In this document: piece after piece, positions 40,556 to 50,191 of the stretch
Layout of the letters: each line of letters opens with the position of its first letter
Numbering within the stretch: the first letter of the stretch is position 1
DNA from: Acidimicrobiales bacterium
GTDB lineage: Bacteria > Actinomycetota > Acidimicrobiia > Acidimicrobiales > CATQHL01
DNA: 64,000 nt
NCBI GenBank assembly: GCA_965209115.1
Contig: CBDBQD010000001.1
Location: forward strand, 1,274,483-1,338,482
Reading direction: 5' to 3'
Program-made: the position numbers and the translations under genes
The notes under the pieces: model-generated
The model's database searches: none
Seen by the model: the letters and a program-made list of their open reading frames with translations, nothing else
What the model was told of the DNA's origin: nothing

Positions 40556-41758
40556 ATGAAGTCCGTGACGATCGTCGGAGCCTCGCTGGCGGGTATGCGG
40601 GCCGCCGAAACGCTGCGGCGCGAGGGATTCGACGGCACGGTCACGGTCGTCGGCGACGAGACCGACGCTCCCTACGACCGGCCGCCGCTGTCCAAGCAGG
40701 TGCTGGCGGGGGAGTGGCAGCCCGAGCGGATCGCCCTCTATGACAGCGAGGCCTTGGCAGACCTGTCGCTGACGTGGCGGCTCGGCACCCGTGCGGTGGG
40801 TTTCGAGGCCGCTTCCCGCACGGTGGCCCTGCCCGACGGCGAGCGCTTGGCGGCCGACGGCGTGGTGATCGCCACCGGAGCGCGCACGCGCACCCTGCGG
40901 GGCACCGAGGACCTTGCCGGGGTGTACACACTGCGCACCCTCGCCGACAGCCTGGCGATCCGCTCGGAGTTCGACGCCACGCCGCAGCGGGTCGTCGTCG
41001 TGGGCGCCGGCTTCATCGGTGCGGAGGTGGCGGCCACGGCACGGGATCGGGGACTGGACGTGACGATGGTCGAGATGGCCGGGACGCCGCTGGAGCGGGT
41101 GCTGGGCGCGGGGATGGGCCGGGTCTGCGCCGACGTGCACGCCGATCACGGCGTCGACCTGCGGCTCGGGGTCGGTGTGGAGTCGATCACCGGCGGCGAC
41201 CGGGTGGAGCAGGTGGTTCTGACCGACGGCAGCCGCCTCGACGCCGACGTGGTCGTTGTGGGCGTCGGCGTGATACCCAACACCGAGTGGCTGGAGGGTT
41301 CCGGGCTGCAGATCGACAACGGCGTGGTGTGCGATGAGACGTGCCTGGCGGCGCCGGGCGTGGTGGCCGCCGGCGACGTGGCCCGGTGGCCGAACCGGCT
41401 GTTCGGGCAGTCGATGCGCGTGGAGCACTGGGACAACGCCATCGAACAGGGCATGGCTGCGGCCCGACGCCTCCTGGCCGGCGAAACAGCCGAGCCCTTC
41501 GCCCCGGTGCCCTGGTTCTGGAGCGACCAGTACGACCGCAAGATCCAACTCGCCGGCCGCTCGGGCCCCGACGACGAGGTCGAGGTTGTGACGGGCTCGC
41601 TCGACGAGCGCCGCTTCGCCGCCATCTACGGTCGCGGCGGTCGCATCGTGGCGGTGCTGGGCTTCAACCGCCCCCGTCACGTCATGCAGTACCGCCGCCT
41701 CATCGCCCGGGGCGCCACCTGGGACGAAGCGCTGGAGTTCGCCCGCACCCAGGCCTGA
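40556..41758 (+). CDS. ferredoxin reductase (FAD/NAD(P)-dependent)
   Basis: GASLAG, PYDRPPLSK, GAGFIG, PWFWSDQY. Confidence 0.93.
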   Translation: MKSVTIVGASLAGMRAAETLRREGFDGTVTVVGDETDAPYDRPPLSKQVLAGEWQPERIALYDSEALADLSLTWRLGTRAVGFEAASRTVALPDGERLAADGVVIATGARTRTLRGTEDLAGVYTLRTLADSLAIRSEFDATPQRVVVVGAGFIGAEVAATARDRGLDVTMVEMAGTPLERVLGAGMGRVCADVHADHGVDLRLGVGVESITGGDRVEQVVLTDGSRLDADVVVVGVGVIPNTEWLEGSGLQIDNGVVCDETCLAAPGVVAAGDVARWPNRLFGQSMRVEHWDNAIEQGMAAARRLLAGETAEPFAPVPWFWSDQYDRKIQLAGRSGPDDEVEVVTGSLDERRFAAIYGRGGRIVAVLGFNRPRHVMQYRRLIARGATWDEALEFARTQA

Positions 41759-41776
41759 AGCCCGGCGCCGCAGCGC

Positions 41777-42637
41777 TCAGGCAGGTGAGTCCAGCGGGTC
41801 CCAGTTGTAGTGGGGGAGCCGGGTGTGGCCGGCGTCGACGGTGATCTCGGCGCCTGTGACGTGCTGTGACTCGTCGGACGCCAGCCAGAGGGCGGCGTCG
41901 GCGACCGCCTCGGGGGGCAGCATGCGGCGACCGGGGAGGATGGTGTTGTGGCGCACCTGGTGGTCGAGTCGCTCGTCGCTGGAGTCCGCCGAACCCGTGA
42001 CGAACTCCTTCGAGTAGGCGTTGACCATCATCGGGCTGTTCACCGCGCCGGGCAGGAGGGCGTTGGCGCGGATGCCGTGGCGGCCCAACTCCAGGGCGGC
42101 GCACTTCATGAGTCCGGCGACGCCGTGCTTGGAGGCCGTGTAGGCGCTGTAGCTGTAGCCGCCGTGCCAGCCGTTGGTGGACACGGTGTAGATCAGGCTG
42201 CCGCTCTGCTGGTCGATCATCCGGGGCGCCACCGCCTTGGTGGTATGCCAGGCGCCGGTGAGGTTGACGCCGATGACCGTCTCCCAGACCTCGGTGGTCA
42301 TCTCGGTGAGTGAGGCGGACCAGAAGATCCCGGCGTTGGCGCAGGCGACATCCAGACGTCCGAACTCCTCGACGCCCCGTGCCACGACCGCATCCAGCGA
42401 CTCCTGGGAGCGAACGTCGGCGACCTCGGCGACGCAGCGGACCCCGGCGGCGCGCACACCCTCGGCGGTCTCCTTCAAGTCCGCCTCGGTGGCGAGCGGG
42501 TAGGGGACCGAGCCTGTCTCACAGACGTCGCAGATGATGATGTCGGCGCCCTCGCCGGCGAACCGCAGCGCGATCGCACGGCCCTGGCCGCGGGCGCCGC
42601 CGGTGATGAACGCCACGCGGCCGTCGAGACGCCCCAT
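41777..42637 (-). CDS. SDR oxidoreductase, mycofactocin-coupled type
   Basis: TGGARGQGR, insertion VPYPLATEADL, YTASKHG. Confidence 0.85.
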   Translation of the reverse strand: MGRLDGRVAFITGGARGQGRAIALRFAGEGADIIICDVCETGSVPYPLATEADLKETAEGVRAAGVRCVAEVADVRSQESLDAVVARGVEEFGRLDVACANAGIFWSASLTEMTTEVWETVIGVNLTGAWHTTKAVAPRMIDQQSGSLIYTVSTNGWHGGYSYSAYTASKHGVAGLMKCAALELGRHGIRANALLPGAVNSPMMVNAYSKEFVTGSADSSDERLDHQVRHNTILPGRRMLPPEAVADAALWLASDESQHVTGAEITVDAGHTRLPHYNWDPLDSPA

Positions 42638-42646
42638 ACCGGCCGG

Positions 42647-43426
42647 TCAGCCGCCGTTGTCGGCTGCAGTCGTGCCGGACTCGGCCACCGCGTCGGACAG
42701 TTCCTCTACCGTGAGATCGCCCTTCTGGACCACCCGGCTGATGGTCCCCCGGTGCATAATGATGATGCGGTCGGCGGCGGGCAGCACGTGGTCCATGTTG
42801 TGGTCGATGTACAGGACGCCGAGGTTGTTCCGCTTGGCCGCCTCGATGGCCTCCAGCACGCGCCGCGTCTCGCGCACCGAGAGTGCCGCCACCGGTTCAT
42901 CCAGGACCAGAAGCTGCGAATCGAAGTGAATCGCCCGGCTGATGGCGAGCGACTGCCGTTCGCCTCCCGACAGGGTTGCGGCCGTCTGGCGCGACGACTC
43001 GACGGAGGTGAGTCCTACCTCGGCGAGGTGCTCGTCGCAGATACGCGCCATCTCGGAGACCCGGAGGTAGCGGATGCCGAGCAGTCGGCGGTGGAGTTCC
43101 TGGCCGAGGAAGAAGTTCCGCCAGAGGGCCATCTCGTCGACGATGGCCAGATCCTGGTAGACGGTCTCGATGCCTGCGGCCCGCGCCTGCCGGGGCGAAC
43201 CGAACTGAACCGGCTCGCCCTGCACCTTGATCGTGCCCGACGTGGGCTCGATGTAGCCGCTGATCATCTTGACGATCGTGGACTTGCCGGCACCGTTGTC
43301 GCCCACCAGGCCGACCACCTCGCCGGGGTGGATGGCCAGGCTGGCGTCTCGCACGGCGTAGTTCTTGCCGTACCGGCGCGTGACGTTCACGAGCTCGACG
43401 ACGGGGACGGCGGAGTCAGTGCTCAT
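42647..43426 (-). CDS. sugar ABC transporter ATP-binding protein
   Basis: GDNGAGKS, LSGGERQ, VLDEP. Confidence 0.92.
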   Translation of the reverse strand: MSTDSAVPVVELVNVTRRYGKNYAVRDASLAIHPGEVVGLVGDNGAGKSTIVKMISGYIEPTSGTIKVQGEPVQFGSPRQARAAGIETVYQDLAIVDEMALWRNFFLGQELHRRLLGIRYLRVSEMARICDEHLAEVGLTSVESSRQTAATLSGGERQSLAISRAIHFDSQLLVLDEPVAALSVRETRRVLEAIEAAKRNNLGVLYIDHNMDHVLPAADRIIIMHRGTISRVVQKGDLTVEELSDAVAESGTTAADNGG

Positions 43427-44451
43427 CCGAACAGGGTGCTCCTGGTGCCGCCGCGCCGCAGCGCCTCGACTCGGGCGTTCAGACCCGCGGACACCACGAG
43501 GAGGATCCCCACGAGACCTAGGTAGTACTCCGACGGCACCTTGATGACGATCAGGCCCACCTTCAGCGAGCCGAGGATGATCGCCCCCAGCATCGAGCCG
43601 ATCACCGTGCCCTTCGCCCCGAACAGCGACGTCCCGCCGACGACCACGGCCACGATAGCCAGCAGATTGATGTCGATGCCGGAGGCGACGCTGGAGGATC
43701 CGAAGTCGGCGAACTGCAGGATGCCCGCCAGCCCGGCCAGCAGCGCGGCCAGCACGAAGTTGATGAGCTTCACCCGGATCACGGGAACGCCCATCGCCCG
43801 GGCGACACCGCCGCCGTACTTGCCGGCCGCATACGTCCAGTTGCCGAATTGGGTGCGCCACAGGACAAAGGCGAGGATGATCCCGATTCCCACCATCCAG
43901 GCGAACGGAGCGGCGATAGGGGTACCGGGGATGTCGGCGCCCAGGATCTTCTTGACGTCGCCCGCCTCCTCGATGAGGTCCACAGGGAACCCACCCAGGA
44001 TGATGCGGTTCCAACTGGTCACGGCGAAGAGCATGCCGAGTGTGACGATGAAGGACGGGACGCCGATGTACGTGCTGATCAGACCGTTGATGAGGCCGAT
44101 GCATGCCACGATCGCCAGACCGGCGAAGAGCCCGGCGAGGATGTGCCAGCCCCACTCGCGCATGAGCCAACCCATGATGGCCGGCCCGAGGGCGAACGTG
44201 GCCGAGACCGACAGGTCGAACTCGCCGGAGATCATCAGCGCGGTGACGCCGAGGGACACCATTCCCACCGAGGAGGTGAGGGCGGCCACCGAACTCATCA
44301 GGTCGGGGTTGCTGAAGAAGCCGACCTCGCCCGACCGGAACTCGAAGACCAGGAACAGTATGACGATGGCGATGGCCGGCGCCAGTTCCTGCTGACCCAG
44401 CACGCGCCGACCCGCGCGGAGCACCCGACTGGGTGGTGGTGCGTCGCTCAC
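43423..44451 (-). CDS. sugar ABC transporter permease
   Basis: ISGEFDLSV, VVGGTSLFGAKG. Confidence 0.92.
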   Translation of the reverse strand: MSDAPPPSRVLRAGRRVLGQQELAPAIAIVILFLVFEFRSGEVGFFSNPDLMSSVAALTSSVGMVSLGVTALMISGEFDLSVSATFALGPAIMGWLMREWGWHILAGLFAGLAIVACIGLINGLISTYIGVPSFIVTLGMLFAVTSWNRIILGGFPVDLIEEAGDVKKILGADIPGTPIAAPFAWMVGIGIILAFVLWRTQFGNWTYAAGKYGGGVARAMGVPVIRVKLINFVLAALLAGLAGILQFADFGSSSVASGIDINLLAIVAVVVGGTSLFGAKGTVIGSMLGAIILGSLKVGLIVIKVPSEYYLGLVGILLVVSAGLNARVEALRRGGTRSTLFG

Positions 44452-44551
44452 GCCGTTCGCCTACCTAGGTGGTCAATGAGCAGTGTGGTGGACGTGCGTG
44501 TCGGGGCGCACGCTGGGCGCGCGCCCCGACACGGTTGACCGTGCGGCCGTC

Positions 44552-45724
44552 CTAACCGGCGTAGCCGGCCTCGAACAGCGCCTCGACCTCGTCGACGTTG
44601 TCAGCGGTGACCATCAGCGTTCCCGGGTCGATGACTGGCGGGTCGATGAAGCCGAACTTCACCTTGATGTACGCCGAGATCACGCCGTAGAACGTCTGCA
44701 GGAACGGCTGCTGGGTGAGGCTGAGCTGGACGTTGCCGTCCTTGACGCCCTGGATGACCGTCTGATCCAGGTTCCACATGACCAGTGGCACATCCGAGCC
44801 CGCATCGGCCTTGGCCTGGGCGGCGGGCGTGCCCGACGTGGTGTCCCACGTGACGATGCCCTGGGTGCCCGGGTTGGCGGCCAGGTAGGTCTTGATGACC
44901 TCGAAGTTCGGAGCCGGATCCAGGCCCGGCAGAGCCACGATGTCGAGATCGCTCTCGCTCCAGCCGGCGTCGGTGAAGACCTGGATGTAGGCGTTCTGGA
45001 TCTCGAGGTGCTCCGGCGAGTCCGGCAGCGAGTTGAACAGCGCGAGCTGGTCGCCCGGGCTCACATGCTCGAGATACAGCTCGGCGCTGCGGCGGGCCGC
45101 GGCGGCCTTGTCGAGCCCGACCGGAGTTCCGGAGAGCCGGCGGACGCGGGGATCGTCGGAGTCCTTGCCCACGTAGTTGTTGTAGAACTGCACCTCGATG
45201 CCCTTGTCGAGGGCGTCGATGACCGCTTCCTCGTACTCGGCCGTGCGGTAGTCCACCAGGATGGCGTCCGGCTCGGCCGCAACGGCCGTCACGATGAACT
45301 CGTTGACGTTGGCCAGACTGAAGTCCTCCGGCGCGATGTAGGTGACGTTGGCGTCCGCGAGGGCTTCGCCGGCTGCCAGCGAGCCGTTCTGGATGAGGTC
45401 CCAGAACGGGTTGTTCAGCACCGATCCCACGACCCAGATCTCGATGGCGTCGCCATCGGCCTGCGTGAGATCGACTTCCTCCTCCGCTGGCTCGGCGGCG
45501 GCGGGCGCCGGCTCGGGCGCCGCGGCGGGCGCCTCGTCGGCGGGTTCGGGTGCCGCCGGCGCCGCCTCGGGTGCGGGTGCCGGCTCGGGCGGTGCGGCCG
45601 GTGCGGCATCACCGTCGTCGCCGTCGCCGCACGACACTGCGAGCAGTGCGAGTACGGCGAGCAGGGCGGCCAGGAGGCTGAGCCCTCCTCTACGCCGCGA
45701 AGTAAGTCTGGTCGTGTGACCCAT
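44552..45724 (-). CDS. sugar ABC substrate-binding lipoprotein
   Basis: Lipobox AVSC, Pro/Ala linker, NPFW, QQPFLQ. Confidence 0.88.
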   Translation of the reverse strand: MGHTTRLTSRRRGGLSLLAALLAVLALLAVSCGDGDDGDAAPAAPPEPAPAPEAAPAAPEPADEAPAAAPEPAPAAAEPAEEEVDLTQADGDAIEIWVVGSVLNNPFWDLIQNGSLAAGEALADANVTYIAPEDFSLANVNEFIVTAVAAEPDAILVDYRTAEYEEAVIDALDKGIEVQFYNNYVGKDSDDPRVRRLSGTPVGLDKAAAARRSAELYLEHVSPGDQLALFNSLPDSPEHLEIQNAYIQVFTDAGWSESDLDIVALPGLDPAPNFEVIKTYLAANPGTQGIVTWDTTSGTPAAQAKADAGSDVPLVMWNLDQTVIQGVKDGNVQLSLTQQPFLQTFYGVISAYIKVKFGFIDPPVIDPGTLMVTADNVDEVEALFEAGYAG

Positions 45725-45887
45725 CAGGTGTTCCCCTCCTGTTGATGGCTCCACCCGGTCATCCGGCGATGCCGTGGTGTTACCAAGTGATGTTGACGCC
45801 GGCAGCGCGCCGATCCGCAGCGCGGAATGACAGATCCCCCTGGGCATCGTTGTGCTGCCCGCGGCTGCGGAGTCTAATTTGCGCCCT

Positions 45888-47081
45888 GTGGTTGTCAATC
45901 GGCCTCTGCCGGCACCCGACCCCGTTGGCTACGACCCGCTGGCGCCGGACGTGCAGGAGGATCCCTACCCCTACTACCACCGCCTGCTGGCCGACCATCC
46001 CCTGTACTACAGCCCGGCGCGGGATGTCTGGGCCCTCTGTCGTTACGGCGACCTGCGCCCGGCGCTGAAGGACTGGCAGACGTTCTCCAGCGCCGAGGGC
46101 GTCAACATCGAGCCGGGTTTCAGCGAGACCATCGGCCCGGAGATCCTGAACATGGACCCTCCCCGCCACGACCAGTTGCGGCGGCTCGTGAGCCATCACT
46201 TCTCGAACAACTCCGTCGGCGCCTACGAGGCGATGGTGCGGGCGTTCGCGCACGAACTGATCGACGACCTGTGTGCCGCCGGCGGTGGCGATTTCGCGGC
46301 CGACTTCTCCCAGCGCCTGCCGGTGCTGGTGATCTGCCAATTGATGGGCATCCCGCTGTCCGACGAGGCGATGGTCCGGCAGCTCGCCCACGACATGCTG
46401 CTGGCACTGTCGGGCACGGAGGAGTTCAACGACGTGTCCACCGCCGCGGCCGACGAGCTGCGGCGCTACATGAGCGAGCTCGTGGCCGACCGCCGTCGCT
46501 CGCCGCGCGACGACGTGATCTCGAGCCTCGCCAACGGCAAGATCGAGGGCGAGCTGATCGGCGCCGAGGAGATGTTCGCCATGTGCCTGATCATCTACCT
46601 GGCGGGCAACACGACGACCAGCTCGCTGGTGTCCAACGGCCTGTACCTGCTGGCGCAGCACCCTGATCAGCAGGCTCGTTTGGCGGTCACGCCCGAGGCC
46701 GTCCCCAACGCCGTGGAGGAGTTGCTCCGCTACGAGTCACCCGTGCAATGGACGTCGCGGGTGACGACGGTCGACGTGGAGATGTACGGCCAAGTGGTGC
46801 CCGAGGGCAGCCGCGTGATGATGCTGCTGGCCGCCGCCCACCGCGATCCCCGCGTCTTCGACGATCCGAACAGGTTCGACGTGTTCCGCCGCCCCCGCCG
46901 CCATCTCGGCTTCGGCGACGGCGTGCACCGCTGCGTGGGGGCGCCGCTCGCACGCCTCGAGGGGCGTGTGGCTCTCGAGGTGGTCTTCGAGCGGGTGCCC
47001 CACTTCCGCCTCGCCGGCGAGGTGGAGCGGCTCCACATCTCCACCGAGCGGGGGCTGGCCCGCCTGCCGCTGGCGGTGTGA
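45888..47081 (+). CDS. cytochrome P450
   Basis: MDPPRH, AGNTTT I-helix, EELLR, FGDGVHRCVG heme motif; start approximate. Confidence 0.95.
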   Translation: MVVNRPLPAPDPVGYDPLAPDVQEDPYPYYHRLLADHPLYYSPARDVWALCRYGDLRPALKDWQTFSSAEGVNIEPGFSETIGPEILNMDPPRHDQLRRLVSHHFSNNSVGAYEAMVRAFAHELIDDLCAAGGGDFAADFSQRLPVLVICQLMGIPLSDEAMVRQLAHDMLLALSGTEEFNDVSTAAADELRRYMSELVADRRRSPRDDVISSLANGKIEGELIGAEEMFAMCLIIYLAGNTTTSSLVSNGLYLLAQHPDQQARLAVTPEAVPNAVEELLRYESPVQWTSRVTTVDVEMYGQVVPEGSRVMMLLAAAHRDPRVFDDPNRFDVFRRPRRHLGFGDGVHRCVGAPLARLEGRVALEVVFERVPHFRLAGEVERLHISTERGLARLPLAV

Positions 47082-47112
47082 GCGTGGCAGTGTCACTCCG
47101 GCTCGCCGCATC

Positions 47113-47139
47113 GTCATTCCGGCGAATGTCGGAATCCAG
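47113..47139. repeat. REP-like palindrome, reverse orientation
   Basis: GTCATTCCGGCGAATGTCGGAATCCAG. Confidence 0.8.
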
Positions 47140-47223
47140 TGGTTCCGCAGGCGCGCCCGGTACCGACGACCCGGGTGTCGTACGTCCTTGCGCCGCTGTC
47201 GTCGCCGATCCCGGAGGTCCCGC

Positions 47224-47994
47224 ATGAGCACTCCCGACGCCTCCGAATCGGGCGGCGCCGGCAAGGTCCGTCTCAGCCGGTTGCGCAGGCGCATCGCCCA
47301 GAATGTCAGCGAGTCCCGCCGCACCGCGGCGCACGTCTGGACCTCCGTCGAGGTGGACTACGAGGCGCTGGAGCAGGTGCGGCGCCGGCACCGGAGCGGG
47401 TTCCGCGAACAGGAGGGCTTCTCGCTCACGTACCTGCCGTTCATCGCCATGGCGACAATCGATGCGCTGGCGGCCTTCGGCGAGGTGAACAGCTCCGTGG
47501 ACTTCGCGGACGGATCCCAGACCATGTATGACGGCGTGAACCTCGGCGTCGCGGTCGACCTCGACAGGGCGGGTCTCATCGTGGTCGTGATCCACGACGC
47601 CAATGATCTGAGCCTGGTCGAGTTGGCCCGGGCGATCCACGACCTGGCCGGTCGGGCCCGTGCCGGTGCTCTCCGGCCCGCCGACGTGAGTGGGTCTACG
47701 TTCACAATCACCAACCCGGGCTCGTTCGGCTCGTTCATGTCGGCTCCGATCATCAACCATCCGAACGTGGCCATCCTCGCGACCGACGGCGTGGCGAAGC
47801 GACCCACCGTCGTCACCGGCGCCGGCGGCGACGACAGCGTGGCGGTGCATCACATCGGGCATCTGGGCCTGTCCTGGGACCACCGGGCATTCGACGGCTC
47901 GAGCGCCGCCCTGTTCCTGGGACGCATCAGGGACAGCATCCAGACCTGGGACTGGGAGGAACACTTCGGCGGCGATAGCGGGACGGAGGGCTGA
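47224..47994 (+). CDS. 2-oxoacid dehydrogenase E2, catalytic acyltransferase domain only
   Basis: STFTITNPG, PIINHP, LSWDHRAFDG; no lipoyl domain. Confidence 0.9.
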   Translation: MSTPDASESGGAGKVRLSRLRRRIAQNVSESRRTAAHVWTSVEVDYEALEQVRRRHRSGFREQEGFSLTYLPFIAMATIDALAAFGEVNSSVDFADGSQTMYDGVNLGVAVDLDRAGLIVVVIHDANDLSLVELARAIHDLAGRARAGALRPADVSGSTFTITNPGSFGSFMSAPIINHPNVAILATDGVAKRPTVVTGAGGDDSVAVHHIGHLGLSWDHRAFDGSSAALFLGRIRDSIQTWDWEEHFGGDSGTEG

Positions 47995-47997
47995 TCC

Positions 47998-48813
47998 GTG
48001 CGGTTCGCAGGCAAGGTCGCGGCCATCACCGGGGCGGCCCGCGGGCTCGGCGAGACGATCGCCCGGCGACTCGCCTCCGAGGGGGCGAGCGTCGTGGTCG
48101 CGGACATCGACGGCGCCGGTGCGGTCTCCGTGGCAGCCTCCATCGAAGAGGACGGGGGGCGCGCTCTGGCCTTCGAGATGGACGTCACCGATGCCGCAGA
48201 TTCCCGTGACATGGTCGCCGCGGCGGCTGAGGCGTTCGGATCGCTCGACATCCTCGTCAACAACGCCGCGGTCTTCGGGGCGACGAGCCACGTGCTCGAC
48301 ATCTCGCCCGAGGAGTGGGACCACACCATGAGCGTGAACCTGAAGGGTCCCCTGCTGTGCTCGCAGGCGGCGATCCGCCGGATGCGGGAGCAACCTGGCG
48401 GCGGGAGCATCGTGTTCGTGTCGTCACTCTCCGGTGTCCTGGCCAACGAGAGCCAGGCCGACTACAACGCCTCCAAGCACGGCGTCATCGGTCTGGCGCG
48501 CTGCATCGCCCAGGACTGCCGCGAATGGGGCGTCCGCTCGAACGTCGTCGCGCCGACGGGGATGGTCGGCACCGCGATGATGGCCGCGAACGACCCGGTG
48601 AACGTGGCGCCCTATGCCGCCCAGACCGCCTTCGCCCGCCTGGCGACCACCGACGAGGTGGCGAGCGCGGTCCTCTTTCTGGCCGGTGACGAGGCGTCGT
48701 TCATTACCGGGACCGTGCTGATGGTCGACGGCGGTGTCCATGCCATGCAGCCCTCGGCCCGCCAGTTGAGCGAGGGCGCCGAGCGCTTCATCTCGAGCCA
48801 GGACCCCAGCTGA
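47998..48813 (+). CDS. SDR family oxidoreductase
   Basis: TGAARGLG, VNNAA, YNASK. Confidence 0.92.
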   Translation: MRFAGKVAAITGAARGLGETIARRLASEGASVVVADIDGAGAVSVAASIEEDGGRALAFEMDVTDAADSRDMVAAAAEAFGSLDILVNNAAVFGATSHVLDISPEEWDHTMSVNLKGPLLCSQAAIRRMREQPGGGSIVFVSSLSGVLANESQADYNASKHGVIGLARCIAQDCREWGVRSNVVAPTGMVGTAMMAANDPVNVAPYAAQTAFARLATTDEVASAVLFLAGDEASFITGTVLMVDGGVHAMQPSARQLSEGAERFISSQDPS

Positions 48814-48835
48814 CGCCGCGGGCCCCGCGCTCCGG

Positions 48836-50146
48836 TCAGGGGGCGAACTCGAAGACGATGTTGTCCTTGCTGGCCTCGATGTCGTCAGCGTCCAGGTGAA
48901 GGATGACTGTGACCTTCTGGGATCCGCAGTCCCCGAACTCATCGCAACTGATCGAACCGATGATGCCGCCGTAGTCGCGCACGGCGTTCAGGTGCCGGCG
49001 CACGCCGGCACGGTCGATCACCAGCGTTCCGTCATCCAGGGTCGACGCGGCCATGATCGCTTCGAGCAGCAGTGTCGTGGCGTCGTAGGAGTGCCCCCAG
49101 TACGGCCCCGAGGGCGGCTCCCCGTAGACCTCCTCGAAGATGGCGAGCAGGTCGGCCGCGTTCCTGCCCGTGCTCTGGTTGGCGCTGCCGCCGAACCGCA
49201 GGTCCGGGCCGGAGAAGTAGATGCCCTCGGACTGGGGCAGCGACATGAAGCCGTCGACCAGCAGCGCGGCGTCGGTGAGCAGCACGACATCCTCGAGACC
49301 CGCTACCGAGTGGACCTGCTCGGCAAGGAAGTCCCCGGCGGGCTGGAAGATCGGGAAGAACAGGGCCTTGGGACCCCCGGCGGCGACCTCGGTCAGCACC
49401 GGGAGCATGTCGGAGTCCTCCTTGTTGACGGCGGTGACGATCGTGACGGTGCCCCCCAGGCTCTCGAAGCTGTCGGCGAAGGCCTGGGCGATGGACTGGC
49501 TGTAGGGGTCCCCGTCGTGGAGCGCCGCGGCGGCGTCGAGCCCGAGTTCGTCGTGCACGAAGCGGGCCATCGCCTCGCCCACGACCAGCCCGTTGTTGGA
49601 GGTGCGGTAGTAGCCCACGCTGTAGTTCACCCCGGGATTGCCCTCCAAGTCCGAGGTGAGCAATGGCGAGGTGTTGGACGGCGCGATCATCGCCAACCCG
49701 GCGCCGGTGATGAGCGGCGCCGCGGCGGTCGCCGCAACCGAGCAGGACGTACCGATCACGCCGACGACGTCGCTCTCGGCGACGATGGTCTGGGCCGCCG
49801 CCTGCCCGCCGTCGCTGGAGCAGAACTCGTCGAGGCCCGCCCCGAGCTCCACGTCGAAGCCGTGGATCGGCCCGAAGTCGGCGATGGCCAGTTCCACGCC
49901 GCGCTGGTTGGCGAGTCCCAGCCAGGCGACGTCGCCCGTGATGGAGTTGAGCGAGCGGATCTGGATGGCGTCCCCCTCGGCGACCTCCACGACTCCCAGC
50001 GAGTTGCCGGCGAGATCGTCCTCCGCGGCGGTAGGGGTCGTGTCGCCGTCGCCGCCGCAGGCCGCCGCCAGGAGCGCTACCGCCACCAGCGTGTATCCCA
50101 TCAGGCGTCGTCGCCTGAGGCGTCGCGGGCTGCTCACAGTCGCCAT
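48836..50146 (-). CDS. branched-chain amino acid ABC substrate-binding lipoprotein (LivK-like)
   Basis: Lipobox LAAAC, IGTSCS, PSNTSP, HSYDA; start uncertain. Confidence 0.85.
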   Translation of the reverse strand: MATVSSPRRLRRRRLMGYTLVAVALLAAACGGDGDTTPTAAEDDLAGNSLGVVEVAEGDAIQIRSLNSITGDVAWLGLANQRGVELAIADFGPIHGFDVELGAGLDEFCSSDGGQAAAQTIVAESDVVGVIGTSCSVAATAAAPLITGAGLAMIAPSNTSPLLTSDLEGNPGVNYSVGYYRTSNNGLVVGEAMARFVHDELGLDAAAALHDGDPYSQSIAQAFADSFESLGGTVTIVTAVNKEDSDMLPVLTEVAAGGPKALFFPIFQPAGDFLAEQVHSVAGLEDVVLLTDAALLVDGFMSLPQSEGIYFSGPDLRFGGSANQSTGRNAADLLAIFEEVYGEPPSGPYWGHSYDATTLLLEAIMAASTLDDGTLVIDRAGVRRHLNAVRDYGGIIGSISCDEFGDCGSQKVTVILHLDADDIEASKDNIVFEFAP

Positions 50147-50191
50147 TGTCGCAGGAGTTAGCGCAAACGACGGCAATGTGACACCTATAGG

